A stretch of DNA of 64,000 nt from assembly GCF_963853765.1 (NCBI RefSeq), contig NC_088857.1:47678001-47742000 (forward strand), written 5' to 3'. The notes under the pieces are model-generated. The model was not told where the DNA came from and searched no databases. It worked only from the letters and a program-made list of their open reading frames with translations. Below, one piece after another: positions 61,401-64,000 of this stretch. A program made the translations under genes and the position numbers. The DNA comes from Magallana gigas (taxonomy: Eukaryota). Each line of letters begins with the position of its first letter. Positions within the stretch are counted from its first letter, which is position 1.

Positions 61401-64000
61401 AAAATAACAATCTTTTGTTGAACTTTTGACAGGTAAGTCAAAAATAAATATAGAAAAGAGATTCACAATTAAATCGCTTGTAATGTCGGATTTCGCCATC
61501 CTATTGTATTTTTGGAGACAATGAAAGGATAAGAAATCGCCCCCTTCTTAGAGTCTAAGGACCTCTCTCCCACCTCATTAACTTCTTAAGAGCTTGGTTT
61601 CACACATTTTTAACCATATTGACTCTGTAAGTGATGATCAAATACTGTGTATTTATTTAGCCTTTTAATTGCTGTTCATATTTTCTTGTGAATTGTTACT
61701 GAATGTAAGTAGATGTATGTTGTTAGGTGAATTATTTCAAACTGTTTGTGTGACAACTCACACCATATTTCTTAATTACATGTATACCTATCAAAATCAG
61801 TCGAACAAAGTTGGAGGGAACCAACTATAGAACCTGTAATTTGTGAAAGGGGCCCGTTTAATGAAATGGATGAAACACACAGAGATGCACCACATCTGTA
61901 GAATTTCCCATCACTCCTAATTGTCTGTCCATTATGACCTCCTCAAACAGGGACCCTATAGTACATGACTTTCCAGTGATGGACAGTGTCTACCTCTATT
62001 AGAGCCTCACTCCCCAGAGATGTTCTAGAGAAACTGGGTCAGCTAGGCAGCCTCTGGAGACTGTGACAGAGGGGTCACCTCAGGTCAGAGAGAGAGGAGA
62101 CCCTCACCCAGCCACAGAAATTATCAACAATGCAGCAGTAAGCAGGAAGCACAGCCAGATCGGTGAACAGATGGAGAGTCAATATGGAAATCAGGCTCAG
62201 ACTGCCAGCTGGACATGACAAGGACTGTCATCCAGGGCTAAGAGAGGCTGTCCATGACACAGGGCTGTCACCCAGAGCCAAGAAAGACTGTCCCCCGCCC
62301 ACTGTTATTAAAATAGAAACAAAAGGTTGAATGTAACAACTTTCTTAAAATGAAAAAAAAAATATAACATTCAGCAATGACAGTCATGATAACATGATGA
62401 GCATGTTGTTTTATCATGATGAGTAGCTATATGAGAAATATATAATAGTGCTAGCTTTTTTCTTCTAATGAACTTCCCTGTTATAGCAGCCACAATGATT
62501 ACTTTTAGTATGATAAGAAATGTGAGAATGGTAATAGAATCTTTTCATTAAAAAAAGGGTAGGAAATCTCATTATCTCAACATGTTATGGAGGAATATGA
62601 GAAAAAACAAAATTATTTTCCTTTTACCAGAGAGGTAAGCAAATCTCATTATTGTTTGTTGGCCTACAATGGCCTCTTGACGAACTTTAGTACTGCATCA
62701 TGGGTAATTACGATTTTCTAATTATACGTAGTGAGGTACATTTGAAGACAATAATGGCTTGATAACACAGTATGATATGACGTACAATGAGCAATAGAAT
62801 ATGTCAGCAGAGACCCCCATCTAAGTCCTATTGATCTCTGTGATACACAGAACTGACCACTTCAGCCAATCGGGGCTCGCTCTTAGGAGAACCCTCCAAA
62901 AACAAAAAATAAAATATTTATAGGTATCAAGGAAATCCTGTCCCTATCCCCAGCCATTGTCCACCGAAGCCCTGCAGACATGCACCAGACATTGGTGCCA
63001 AACGCACTCTTATTATGGAAGTCTTTCCACAGTGATAGAAAAAAAATGCACAATGAGTGATTATCCAGCAAATTGGTAAGAAAATAAATTTCTTTGCCTG
63101 TATGGATGTAATGCAGTACAGAAGCTGTGCATCATTTCCAGGAAATTGCAGCATTATGGAGGCGTTATCTCTAACACTCAGGAGTGACCAAAAACTGTCC
63201 AGTTTGAAGGCATAAACATCAAAAGAGGTGTAAGCACATAGACACCTCTCCCCACAGCATCCTTCATTACTGAATGAGGAAAAGTTTGGCCAATATGCCC
63301 TGCATGTTAAATGAAGACAGGACATTAAAACTCAGTCTCAGAGGTAACCAAAAGGCAAGCTACAGAGTCATAAAACACAAATTACTGTAAGACTTCTTGA
63401 CAGACGGACATAAAACTGAGGCCTTTATTCGATATCTTCACTATCTATATTTGATGGGGATGGTGAGTTTATATCCAGCTTACGTCTCTCTCTCTTCTTT
63501 GATCTGAATTATCTTGCCACGAATCAAATCTCCAAGGTTCAAACATTGGTCACATCACCATTGCAAGAAAGGTATTTTTCTTGGACATCATCTGGATCAT
63601 CCAATGTAATTTCGAATGGCCACAGGTTCTCCTTCTGTTTTCTTGCAATGGAATTCTTTTTAATGTTTCAATTTTCTTTCTTTGTGCCCTAAAGTTTTCA
63701 GTTAAAGTTATTGAATGTTATAAAAAGTTGAAAGGGTGACTGCTGATTGAATTGGGAGTCAAACGAAAAATAATAAGGGGAGATAATTCATGTTAATGGG
63801 TATGGTCTCTGTGGAGACTATTTTCTGAATATTTAGGACCTTTCTGGATAATTGCAGTCCTTGGGAACCCTCTACTCTCGCTACCCTACAATCAACAGTA
63901 ATGAATGCTCCGCCTTTTGTATGATGCGCTACACCTGATCATGCCTGGAGGCCATAGAGTTTTTTGAAGAGATCAATATGTCTCTTTTGTGTAATTATTT

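Noticed and set aside
55780-63700. Multiple minus-strand GTAAG donors as a cluster of alternative first exons (e.g. MFEPWRFDSWQDNSDQRRERD ending near 63483)
   Set aside because: The count is about what chance gives in 8 kb of AT-rich DNA, and none of the peptides is recognisable.

Overview
Eukaryotic, AT-rich, intron-containing animal DNA. The repeat families (Helentron-type non-autonomous elements with ~170-bp satellite-like cores, TA- and TTAA-flanked MITEs) suggest a bivalve, probably an oyster; this is inferred, not proven. Five protein-coding loci were rebuilt by hand from splice sites and frame. (1) A Compass/dve/SATB-class homeobox locus (+): shared ULD/CMP exons at 6254-6704 are followed by two phase-compatible 3' cassettes. 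Cassette A (7728-11955) has a degenerate CUTL, two K50 homeodomains and two PxDLS motifs. Cassette B (19220-20944) has a SATB-like CUTL and one divergent K50 homeodomain. (2) DCAF7/WDR68 (+, 25220-31420, 8 coding exons, 348 aa). (3) A TPR-SMYD-type SET protein with an extra C-terminal MYND finger and Phe at the catalytic Tyr position (-, 37046-34077). (4) Cytoplasmic cysteinyl-tRNA synthetase (-, 18 exons at 50075-39863, 5' exon(s) not found). (5) A DC-STAMP-domain (DCST1/2, sneaky-like) gene (+, 50609-55442), apparently nested antisense in a CARS intron, with an extra exon bracketed by two furin-consensus sites. Three tandem duplications straddle splice junctions. There is an assembly gap at 24015-24168. 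No gene could be supported in 55.5-64 kb. No rRNA, tRNA or CRISPR array was recognised. All protein comparisons are from recalled family sequences, not database searches.
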